DNA of 62,976 nt, filler included, from Folioceros fuciformis (taxonomy: Eukaryota): the NCBI GenBank assembly GCA_049999805.1. It is 4 parts of 4 records of this genome, joined end to end, with 100 filler letters (N's around TTAATTAATTAA, not from the genome) between each part and the next. Parts side by side here need not be neighbours in the genome. Positions count along the whole stretch, not along the records: positions 45,668 to 59,131 come from JBNGIO010005473.1; positions 59,232 to 62,976 come from JBNGIO010005484.1; 2 more parts are not named here. One strand, given 5' to 3'. Made by a program: the position numbers and the translations under genes. Of this stretch, positions 52,101-62,976 are shown one piece after another (within the stretch, counting starts at the first letter, position 1; every line of letters begins with the position of its first letter). The notes beneath the pieces were generated by a model. It worked only from the letters and a program-made list of their open reading frames with translations. It had not been told where the DNA came from and did not search any database.

Positions 52101-55100
52101 CTAGTGGACGAATGGAAGTCTTGAAGCGTTGCAGTTTGAAGACTCCACTCTACTTGTCCTCAGAAGCGGGTCAGCAAGTGGTCGGATGAGTTGTGGCAGA
52201 GCGTTTCTTGGAGTGCAAATCCTGGAAGCTTGTCGTTGGTGTCTCAGTTGTGATGAAGGCGAAGATCTTCCAACACGTTCCTCCTCTCTACACTCNNNNN
52301 NNNNNTGTGATGAAGGCGAAGATCTTCCAACACGTTCCTCCTCTCTACACTCTGGACAGAAAAACTCTGTGGAAATTGGTCGAGATTGGGTGCAGTTGAA
52401 ACAAGCTCTTTCGTGTCGCTTTGGCATGCTGAGAATCTCGCGTCAAGCGCTCGTCGGAGAGGAACCCGTTGTTCTGATACCATTAAGGGATGCAGAGGCT
52501 GCCATCTAGAAGAATGGATGGGCAAGCCATGACCGATGAGAAACGTAAGGCACGAGTCAAAGAAGCAAGCAGACATTTCCAAATTGATGATAACTTGATT
52601 ATGAACAGAAGTATTTGTACAGGAAATTGTAACTGTCATGGCATAACTGTGCGGCCTACAATGGCATAACTGTGCGGCCTACAATGGCATAACTGTGCGG
52701 CCTACAATAGCAACTACTAAACTGTTCAAACTACCAGGTAAATTGTAGTCTACCGTTAAGTAGTAGAGACATTGCGCTTCATGCAACTAGAGGGCCATGT
52801 GCGTATATTGAGAGAGGTATGCAAACAAGGCTGAACGTTGTGAAGTCCGCTAAAACTTGGCATCTCCAAGGTAAATCATAAAACCTAATAAAAAAGTGAT
52901 TGACCGGAACATGTTAGGGCAAGAATCTTATGACAGCTGCATGTTTGTCCCCATGAGCACACCTAGATGGAGCCCTATGACTAATGGGGGCAGGTACAAG
53001 AAAAGGTCCAAATTTTTGGACCATATACCACTGCACAAAACTTTATGTCAAAGAACGAGTGACTATATCAGTATTCCACATGGTGTCCAAGGAGATGGAA
53101 GAGAGAGTGAGAAGAGCATAATATATGGAATACTAATAGGGGATAGTGGCTGGATGCACTTTTTTTTTTTGTTAATACGTACTTCATAGAGGAATATACC
53201 TCAAAATCTAATATAGATGCCCGTCATATACACACCCATGTCACGGGGCCACCTGAGTATAATACACCAAATTATTTTTTTATCTCTCCATACATCTTGT
53301 GGACCAATGGGGACACATAAGGTTTTGTTAGGGTTCCTACACAATATGGGCATGTTTTTAAGTACGAATTACACACAGGAAAAAACCACTGCCATTCTTG
53401 TATCGCCAAGGGTTTAGGGTCCGGGCACATCACATCACATCAAAGAGTGATAAGTTAACAGTAGGACATCAAGAAGGAGGAGGAGTCCTACACGCGTGAC
53501 AAGCCTGCCATGTGGTCATGGGTTGGGTTGTGAAATAGCTTTGCATACAAGAGGTTTGTTAGGGTTGTGCATGNNNNNNNNNNGTTGTGAAATAGCTTTG
53601 CATACAAGAGGTTTGTTAGGGTTGTGCATGAACGCAAGAGAGATGTGCGCACACACAGAACAGTGAATGCATTGTGAAATAGCTTTGCATACAAGAGGTT
53701 GGTTAAGGCTGTGAACGCTGATCGACAAGGTCTGTTGTAAACCTTGTATCTGGAGGATGGATGCTCAATCAAAAACCCTAAAGTGAATGACTGTGAGAAT
53801 AAAAAAGAAAGTGAATGACTGTGAGAATAAAAAAGAAAGTGAATGATTGTAAGTGAGAGACGGATTCCACCGTGTGAGAAAGAAAATATTATCACACCTT
53901 AAGGTTTGTCCCCATCAGGATGCGTAGATGGCGCCCTACGACCGAAAGGGGGCAGATATGTTACGGCCAAAAGTTTGGACTGCTGCACAAAACTTTGTGT
54001 GAAAGAACTTTGTGTGAAAGCCAACATGACTGTATGGGTATTCCATAATAATAATAGAGCCTTGGGAAAGTTGGCATCGCATATGTGAGAATGAAATGAA
54101 TATTATTTATTATTGTTATTGATTAATATTATTTATAGATAATATTAATGAATAGCTTAATACTAATTAATCATATTAATTAAGATTATTTATAAATAAT
54201 ACTATTCTACGAAGGCTTGTGCAATATGGTAGTTGAGTACCTATGTTGGTTATCAAGCAAGATTGGCCCAGCAGTCTGTCTTACTAAGCTTGAAACCTAC
54301 ATAAAGTATAGCTGTACATTATTGTGCAAATAATTCAATCTACTTAACTATAATAAAAAATAGTTGAAGAAAAGGACAAAAAAAGAGGAACCTCACCGGA
54401 TGTGCGGTGCAATAAAACAGCCGTATGAGAGTATAGAAGACCTGGTCCGCGACGGGTCACATTTTGAGCACAAAGTCACAAAAGAAAATGAAACGAGTAG
54501 CCCAAGTGGGCGGAATGGCAGCAGCAGGCCTGGCCACAGTTTGAAAATGTGGAAATGGTGGCCAGGTTGGCGCCGGCTGGCCACGTCCCGCCGCCGCAGT
54601 GGGGCACCGGGTCAGGTGGGAAAATTGGTTACCTACTAATAAATACACCAAATGAATTGCCCATGTGGTAGCCTCCTCCATTCATTGTTACCCGTGGGCA
54701 GCTGCCGCTGGCGGGCGGGCAGGCACGGTCCGGGCAGCCAGGGCAGTCCGGGCGGGCCTCCCCCATCTACTCCACTGTAGTACTCTACATACGGCGCCGG
54801 GGTGGACAGAATCTACCGTGCCATGACATTGGATGGCCCCCGATTCGTAGAGATAGAGAGGAGATGGAGCATCCATAAATGAGGCGAGGATCGCGGAGGC
54901 CAAGCAAGGCAAACGGCGGCTCATCATCCATGTCATAGAACCTGGTGTCGCGTTCCGTCCTTCCGTCCCGTTGTGTGCTAGAGTCCCGTGGGCCCCGCCC
55001 ACCTCATTTGCCTGCCTGCCTGCCCGCACTAGGGAAGAATATTTAACTAAAACAAATCCTCCTCTGCCCTGCCGTTTCTCCAGTCCCGGATTTTATGACC

Positions 55101-58051
55101 CTCCCCTTTTCGCAATTCTCTCTGAGCCTTAGTGCCCTCTCGACATAGATATCTTTGGTAAAATTTCCAATCGAAAAGTATTCAAAACAGTCAGGCAATC
55201 ATGGAGACTTTTGGTTTGTAGCGTGGGAAGAAGCCCCCCAATTGGCGCTGTTGTGGGCTCTTCCCAACTAAGTATATATCTCGGTATGCATTATTTATGT
55301 TACATTAGTATTTGTTCAATATCTCGGTATGCATTATTTATGTTATATTAGTATTTGTTCAATGGACCACACAAAGTGATGAACTAGGCCGCAGGTCCGT
55401 ATGTGGATGGTGATTAATTATCCCAGCACTGCATTAAGCGTGCGGCATTGATGTGTGAAGGAGAGGAAGTTGAAGTTGACTAGGCCATAATGCAAAGGAA
55501 GGGAGGAAAGGTTGGTTGATTGATTGATGAAGAGAAGAGGGAAGAGGAATGGAGGATGCCGACCACCTTCCGACCGATTGGCTGGGTGAGTGGCGGGCCA
55601 TGGGCTGGGCTGGGCCGGATAGTTATCATGTGCACGACGCAGAGCATGATGGGATGCAAAGCTCGATGCAGCAGCAAGGGCCCAGGCAGGCAGGCAGGCC
55701 AGGCTGATCATCACCTTCCCGCCTCCCACATGTGCCTTTCATGCTGGGGCGACCGGCACGACCCCAGTAGCCGGGGCCCGGGCCCGGCACACGTCTCGCT
55801 CTCCGTGATTCATCTCTGTTCACACGGGCATACAGACGGGGAACCAGATCGTGGTGTTGCCAAACCTAAATCTTAAGCTAAAGCTAAAGCGGGGCAGAGG
55901 CGGGGCGGGCGGGGCGGACCTGGAGGCATTCCCATATGGCACCATGGGGTCCCGGACTGGTCACTCGGGGAGCGAAAAATAGAAGGGAGTAATAACTCGG
56001 TTCGGCGCACGCGCACGCGCGCGAGAAATTCCTCCCTTTTCTCCGCGCTTTGGATAAGCGTAGATTAAGCGAGTCGGCGACATAAATGGGCGCCAGTCGC
56101 CGTCTTGACGTCATGCAAGGCATTGCCATGCACGCAGGCAGGAATCTCGGTCTGTCTTGGCACGCCGGCTGCTGTTGCTGTTGGGGCCGCTCATCGCCAC
56201 CGCTGCTGGCTGGCAGGCCCTGCCAGGCCAGGCAAGGGCGGAGCAGTGGGGATCTCTCGTCGCCGCTCGTGTTGGATCCAGCCTACCTCTCGTTTGTGTG
56301 TGTTCCCGCTGCCAGGGCTGGTGTTGAGTTGTGCATTAGTCTCTCGCTCGGGGCAAGATTTGTTGACAGGAGCAGCGGAAGAGTACCTACCTGTGCCGGA
56401 TGTTGCTGCAACCGGATTCTGTTAGGGTTGGGTGAAATGTGGCCACCAAAAGCATGCCAGCGAGGGCGGGAATCAGATTCAGGAGGAAGCTGTACTTGCA
56501 GTGGATAACATGCCAATCACAACATTGGATAAAGCGCTGCAGGTCCGTTAGCAGATTCATCCCTTCTGCCCTGCCCGCTGTCCGCCTCTATCATATTCCA
56601 TTCAATGTGGCCTGCCGTTCCTTCTCCACCATCGTTGTGGGCAGGCCATCAACCGCCCGGGCGGGGGCGGTGCAGCAGGAACTGCAGAATGATGCATCCC
56701 GATGCTACCACCGAGCTTTTTCACGTCCGGTAAACTCGCGGGGAGCGGGAGCAGGGCCAGAAAGTTGGAGCCGTGTAAAAGGCAGATCGGGGTGAAAAGA
56801 CATCTCCAGGACCAGTACCAGTACCCGGACCCGGGAGACGCGACATCGGGATCATCGCTGGAGAGGGGAGCGGTACAAGACACTCATACACCGGGTGTGA
56901 TGTGGTGCGGTCCGTTTCTCAAGTCCCACGCTGGGTGCAGCAGTCAGAAGAAGAAAAAATAAGACTCCAAAAACACACGAGAGGAGGCATATGTGTGCAA
57001 GCACAGAAGAAAGAACGACACTTGAGCTTTGCAGTACACAGCCTATGGCAACGGCTGCACCAGTGTGTCTAAATTCAAAGCTAAGGAAACCACAACTGCT
57101 GGAGCATCCGGCACAAAGGTTGAATTCAACAAGTCCAAGCCTGGAATTTAACTGAGCTGTTCGTACCACATAAGTCTCTACGTGGAACGAACAAGAGTCA
57201 CTACAACATGTAAAAATGTGGACAGACAAGCAGATTCACAATACATGCAACGCAGTGCCATGATTCTCTGGAAGCCAGTAACATGCCAAACAGATCCTGC
57301 TAACACAACTACATAGCATGTGCTGCTGTCTCTGCACACTTTGGTTTCTTCTGCTACGTAACTGAGAGCCAGTCTGAGGTGGAACTTACAACAGGAGATC
57401 CACAACTCATCTAGTAATAATGGCAGATCCACTGCGAGTTCCTTCATGGCAGAGCTGACTGCACACATACTTGACCAAGCATCTTCCTTCCTCTCTATTT
57501 GATTGGAGCTATGCTAGAAGTAGATTCCAGATCGAAGATGTGAACATAAAGCACTTTTTCAGCTCATGTGAGATACAGTTGTTTGTTCACGCATCTGCCA
57601 ATACGACAGCCATTAGACCACCTCACATGATAGATTAATGCATAGATACATCACTTGCCCCATAACCTCTCAACTGCTGCTGCAACTCAAACCATTTCCA
57701 CGCCACGCCAGTGCCAATCACAAAACATGCAGAGCAGGCCAGACAGCGGACATCTCACCCACAACACAATGCAACGCAAGGCAAGGGAAATTACAACCAA
57801 GCTGAAATATCAGACACAAGAAAGGAGAAGGGAAAGGAAAAGGAAACCGCTAGGACAGTACAAATTTGTATTCGAAACCTTCCACTTGAATAGGATACAG
57901 TACAACAAATTTTTAAAAAAAATTAGAGAGAGAGAGAAGAGGGAAAAAAAAAATCATCAGATACAGGTTCAAACCAATTCTTGCAAATCTACAACACAAA
58001 GACTGCCTAAGAACTACCATCCGTGGCTGGCCTCGGAGCAGCTACTGTACA

Positions 58052-59132
58052 TCACATGGTCAATCCTACTTTGAACAAACTATCTGATTCAATATAACTG
58101 CCACTATCAGCATCCCGATTGCTTCCACCAGGTTGTTGTTCTAGCAACTCATCTGAATTCTCTTCGACCTTATTCAACAACTTGCTGTTTGGGGTGCCCA
58201 GAACTCCTTTACGATACAGGTTATCTAATTGGTGAAAGTATGGACAGGTCTTTGCATTCTCTGGACGCTTCTTATTGCTCTCCTTCGTCTTTCTAAAGTA
58301 CTTGTTAATGTTTTCCCACTTCTCTTTACACCTTTTGGGATTGCGACTAAAACCCAGGCATGCCATCCCTGTGGAAATCTCATCCCACAGGGGACCCTTT
58401 GGACCAGCCTCCTGAAACTTAGACTCCATATTACTACGAAGACGAATAAGAGCTTGTACCTCAAGTTTCGGCCACCTCTTGCTGTTGGGATCAAACGACT
58501 TGTCCTCCTGCGGCGCCTGCTGTTGCTGGACCTGCGCATGTTGCTGCTGTTGTTGGTCGTCTCCCAACGCCTCCGACACTGTACTCACACTCATGGGAAT
58601 GGGCGGGGCTAACTGGGGGAGCTGGGGAAGGCTGAACGTCTGGCCGGTGACCTTCTGAAGAAAGGCAACCAGAGCTGCATCCCTTGTGGCAGTCATGTTC
58701 TGCTCCTGCGTCCTCAGTTCGTATTCCTTCGTTTGGCGAGCTATTTCCTGCCGTCTCCAGTTCTCTTCCCGCGCAAGCCTGTCTTGCTCCCTCCGATCTA
58801 ACGCTTCCAGAAACCTCCTCTGCATTGCCTCCTGCTTCTCCATCAGCTTTCTCACCATGCTCTCAAACGAAGCCGTCCGTGGGCTGCCAGGTTTTCCATC
58901 CTTCCTTTTCCTTTTCTTTTTGTTCTCCTGGTCATCTCCGTCTCCTCCAGGCTCGTCATAATCATCTTCCGAATCATCCGTGAGATTCACACCGCTGTTA
59001 TTCTCGGTGGGCCTCTGAGCCACATGACCATCCCCCGTCACTCCTCCCAAGACCCCAGCACCTCCAACCACAACGCTCCCAGGCCCTTGAGTCAGCAAAA
59101 GAGTCTCTTGCTGCACACTGTGGTTCATGCCN
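58052..59132 (-). CDS. GT-2 family trihelix transcription factor, C-terminal part; 5' end lost in gap
   Basis: Central helix KLMEKQEAMQRRFLEALDRREQDRLAREENWRRQE and trihelix RWPKLEVQALIRLRS..KGPLWDEIS..KRCKEKWENINKYF..TCPYFHQLDNLY. Confidence 0.93.
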
Positions 59133-60705
59133 NNNNNNNNNNNNNNNNNNNNNNNNNNNNNNNNNNNNNNNNNNNTTAATTAATTAANNNNNNNNNNNNN
59201 NNNNNNNNNNNNNNNNNNNNNNNNNNNNNNNGCGCTACACCATAAAACAGACCGGACAAGGCACAAGATCGCCACAACATTCAGCGCCTTCGCACGCCAC
59301 CGCCGCCGCTCCCCCGAAGCGAGCAGCTCCGCGAGAACAAACCGCAAGAAAGGGATCCGAGGAGGCGGCAGGCAGGGCCCCAGAGGCGTGTCGAGCAAAG
59401 GCGAGTCGGGACGAGCAGAGAGCAGAGGAGAGGCGAGACGAGGCGGGCCGAGGCGCGAAGCAGAAAGGAAAGGAAGGTTGGGAGAAACGCGGTGGCGAAG
59501 GGGAGATAAAAAGGGAGGGGATGGTACCCGCAGCATTCAAGCATGCCATTAAAGGCGCCTTTAAGGGCCACTAGCCCATACGCGGCGTACCCGCTGCTAA
59601 TTCAGTCGTATTTTATGCTATCATGGAGCATGCCTTCCGTTCCTGGTCCCGTTCCGTTCCCTCCTCACGCCATAGCAATAATGGCGATGTGTAAGTTGAC
59701 CGTTCCGTTGCCGATGTCAGCGGGGCCGAAGGCGTGACTGACCACATCATGCGCGCCAGCGCATCATCATGCGCATGCTTATGCGCATGCGCATGAGGCC
59801 GATGGATGTGGATGCCCCGCCATGCGCGTATGTACATACAATTATACCTACCTCTCCACTCTATACGAGCACAGATACAAACACACATACGGCTGTTAAC
59901 CCGACCCTGACCGCAGTGAAGCCGACGGGGGCCTAATCATGCGCGTCCTTCACCCGATCCTTCACGCTACGTGAGTAAATCGGCCATTAAACTAGCGCAC
60001 TAACGAATCATTAGTCAACGGCGTCATTCAATATGGGAGTACGATTTCTCCTTAATCTGCTGTAACGCGCGTTTATTTTACTGATTTCACGTCTCGTCCA
60101 TATAACGGGTTTTGTACCTGCAGGGTCCCCCGGCTCTACGTTGTAAGTCAATAGTAAAGAATTGCAATTGTCTTGGGCTTGCAGGCTCTGAATCCGCCTG
60201 TGTACTTTTTGCTTTGCTGCCTCCCAGAGAAAGTTATTTGTGGTTGTGATCCTCTACACCACTGTTCTGATCTCCTCATTGAATGACTCGCTTTCCGCAT
60301 GGTCCCAAGTAGTTTCATGGCACTGTGTTACTTGAACCTTAAGATCTCACCTTCTCATGGGCGGATTTAAAATATGTGCTCAGACGAGGAGGGAGGGAGG
60401 GATTATTTCAAGTCTAAACCATGTTTGTATATGTGTGTGTCTGTATGTGTGTGGGTACAATGTGACTATATACATACATACTTTGCTCTACTCTTAGCTC
60501 TTTTGCTAAGAGAGTCTTTCATCTAGATTAGTACTCGAGCTAATCAGAATGGAAATCTTGTACTAGAGCCGCTCTGAGAAGGAGGTCACAGTCACAGAAC
60601 TCAAATATGAATCTTGTGCTTGCTAGCGTCATGAGAAGATGATGCTCACGTGATGATGAGTGATTGCATTGATGGTCACGTGAGTTCTTCACGAAGAAAG
60701 TATGT

Positions 60706-61349
60706 ACCTCACAAAATTGTGGGTCCCTAGGGCTGGCAAGTTGTGTAAGTTCCAAGCACGCGCCGGCCTTCAATCCTAACAGCAAGCATGCTAGAGTTGT
60801 GGAAGGAAGAAAATTGTACATGTGTACTAGCTCTGACAAAACTGTGGGTAGGGCTGGCAAGTTGTGTAAGTTCTCGGCACGCCGCCCCCNNNNNNNNNNC
60901 GGCACGCCGCCCCCTTCAATCTTGATAGCAAGCATGCTAGAGTTGTAGAAGGAAGAAAATTGTACATGTGTACTAGCTCTGACAAAATTGTGGGTAGGGT
61001 TGGCAAGTTGTGTAAGTTCTCGGCACGCCGCCCTTCAATCTTGACAGCAGGCATGCTAGAGTTGTGGAAGGAAGAAAATTGTACATGTGTACTAGCTCTC
61101 ACAAAATTGTGGGTAGGGCTGGCAAGTTGTGTAAGTTCCCAGCACGCCGGCCTTCAATCCTCATACCAGGCATGCTAGAGTTGTGGAAGGAAGAAAATTG
61201 TACATGTGTACTAGATCTGACAAAATTGTAGGTAGGGCTGGCAAGTTGTGTAAGTTCCCGGGACGCCGCCCTTCAATCCTGACAGCAAGCATGCTAGAGT
61301 TGTGAAAGGAAGAAAATTGTACATGTGTACTAGCTCTCACAAAATTGTG
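60706..61349. repeat. Tandem satellite, 119-bp unit, about 5 copies
   Basis: catgctagagttgtggaaggaagaaaattgtacatgtgtactag recurs at 61052, 61171 and 61290, with further copies near 60787 and 60933. Confidence 0.9.
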
Positions 61350-62976
61350 TGTACTTTGGTTCTAGTCGTAAAGATTCACACCCAATGCAAGAGTTTTAGT
61401 GGGTATGTACATATGTATGTATAGCAGTAGGAGCCATGACATAGATGGTTCCCTTGTATGAGTAAAGACCTTGGCTCATCTTCACCTTCATCGGAGGGTG
61501 ACATGATCCGTGTGAAGAGCTGGACGATTTGCAAGGAACCCACATTTAGTCATCAGAGAGGGCAACGTGTATGTGTCATTTCAATTGGTGACGATGTGCT
61601 CTCCTCCCATGTTGTGAACGAAGTTAGGAAATGAGATCTTCAATGTTAAAGTTTGGCAAAGTGGTAACACAACTTTACAGTACAAGATTGACTTCCTCCN
61701 NNNNNNNNNNNNNNNNNNNNNNNNNNNNNNNNNNNNNNNNNNNNNNNNNNNNNNNNNNNNNNNNNNNNNNNNNNNNNNNNNNNNNNNNNNNNNNNNNNNC
61801 TTCCTTCCCTCAGTGTCCAAGTTGTTAAATTGTATGTGAAGGAGTCAGCAAAGAGAAGAGGTTTCTTATTTTTAGGAGGTGTATAAAAAAGGATGTCACC
61901 ATGGAAAGTCTCTTCCAGGACCTGGTCAAGAGAGCATGAAGGAAGAAGGAAGGTGCAGAGAGAAGGGCTCACTAGGACATGTGAAGAATAATATACACTA
62001 TTTTAGAAAAAAAAAAACTTCAATATTCTAGTCCAAGTTGAGGGGTTTGAGGTGAAGTAAAACTCCCGGTGTCTTGGGCATAGAAGCAGCCCAACCCAGG
62101 TGCGATATAGTGCAGTTGGATTCCCTTCCTGGGAAAGCGAACCCAACCAAGAGAGCATGAGGGTGCACTTTGCTGGGAAAAGTGCAGCGTTTGACAAAGC
62201 GGATTTGGCAAGCATGGAGAAAGGGGAAGGGAAGGGGAAGGGAAAGGGGGAAGAGAAAGGGGAAGGGAAAGCAAGGCCAATAGAATAATCTTGGGGTGAT
62301 TGTATTGTCCGAAGGGAAAGTGTAGGGCTGGGATATTTCTGCAGCATTGAAAAGCCAATCATGGCGTAGGTGGGTAGGTAGGTAGGTAGGTAAGTAGGTC
62401 GGTAGCGCAAGGCTCCCGGGGTGCGCCGGGCCGGGCCGGGCCGGGCCTGGCCTGGCCTGGACTGGCCGGTCCGGGCCTGACCTGCCCTGGTCATGTCGGA
62501 TCATGCACAAGCGCGGGATCAAGAATGCGAGGAAAAAGGAAAGAGGGCACGGTTCCTCGGGCCGCGCGGCGCCACGAGACGGGACGAGATTGAGACGCGA
62601 CGAGACGGGGCGACGCGGAGTGCATAAAACGAAGCGGAACCGGAAGGGGAAGAGGAGAACGAGCAGAGCGGGACCCGGGCTGGGCACACTGGCAGGGAGG
62701 GTCAAACCTGATTCCCTTGGGTAGGGTCCCGGGCCCACCCGTTACTTTGCTAGGCATGGTCCCGACCGGGTGACAGTGGCGCCAGGTCCGTGCTTTCGTT
62801 GCAGTCACGAGAGGCGGGTTTCGGGTAGTATGTACGTACGTTGTGCACACATACATACAATGGGGATGGGGATGGGGATGGGGATGGTAGAGCTCCATCG
62901 GGTGCCCGATGCCATCATGATGGGACGTGAAATTCATTTGTGCTGGGTGGCCACATGGGTTGCGTACTCTCCCCAT

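Larger units (their letters stand above)
46211..52758 (-). mobile_element. Full-length Ty1/copia element (copia-D), decayed, with a nested solo LTR
   Basis: LTRs 46211-46429 and 52483-52758; TSD agtag at 46206-46210 and 52759-52763; PBS complement gttctgatacca 52471-52482; PPT complement ctcccactt 46430-46438; gag, CNWCKIPGHFERDC, WFLDSGAT, integrase, YVDD and RNase H motifs between 46865 and ~51760. Confidence 0.95.

Noticed and set aside
56290-56700. Possible structured RNA (7SL, telomerase RNA or miRNA precursor) with partial stems and AAACCCTAA on the minus strand
   Set aside because: Pairing is patchy, there is no USE/TATA Pol III promoter or known mature miRNA, and telo-box words occur many times in the window.
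62003-62976. Long overlapping ORFs in GC-rich low-complexity sequence (also 32174-32823, 55418-56962, 59235-59888)
   Set aside because: No recognisable motifs; stop-poor promoter or UTR-like sequence with simple repeats.

Overview
Eukaryotic, plant nuclear DNA. It is gene-dense with short GT-AG introns; a WW-like PPR PG-box points to a hornwort or fern, but that is inference. The window is at least four pieces joined by artificial N-TTAATTAATTAA-N linkers (about 23.1, 45.6 and 59.2 kb), so adjacency across those points is unreliable. Host genes: PP2A B' regulatory subunit, mitochondrial ATP synthase beta (10 exons), mitochondrial malate dehydrogenase (3' end lost in a gap), tRNA-Ser(GCT), a bromodomain protein, a decayed PLS-class PPR gene, an internal fragment of starch branching enzyme III and a GT-2 trihelix factor (5' end lost in a gap). 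Between them lie four Ty1/copia elements (two full-length, with LTRs, PBS, PPT and TSD), a chromovirus remnant, a solo LTR and several tandem repeats. Main observations: (1) removing the first copia element at its TSD reveals a degenerate bacterial-type beta-class N4-cytosine/N6-adenine DNA methyltransferase gene, with two perfect hairpins upstream and a possible Ulp1-protease remnant downstream. (2) The two full-length copia elements have non-canonical TA-starting LTRs and share the PPT AAGTGGGAG; three copia elements have extra coding sequence between PBS and gag, and one also has an antisense 3' ORF bracketed by a duplicated PPT. (3) The last copia element sits in an IS3/IS481-like integrase remnant. 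(4) An intronless coiled-coil ORF has a YxxLSxxVH motif.
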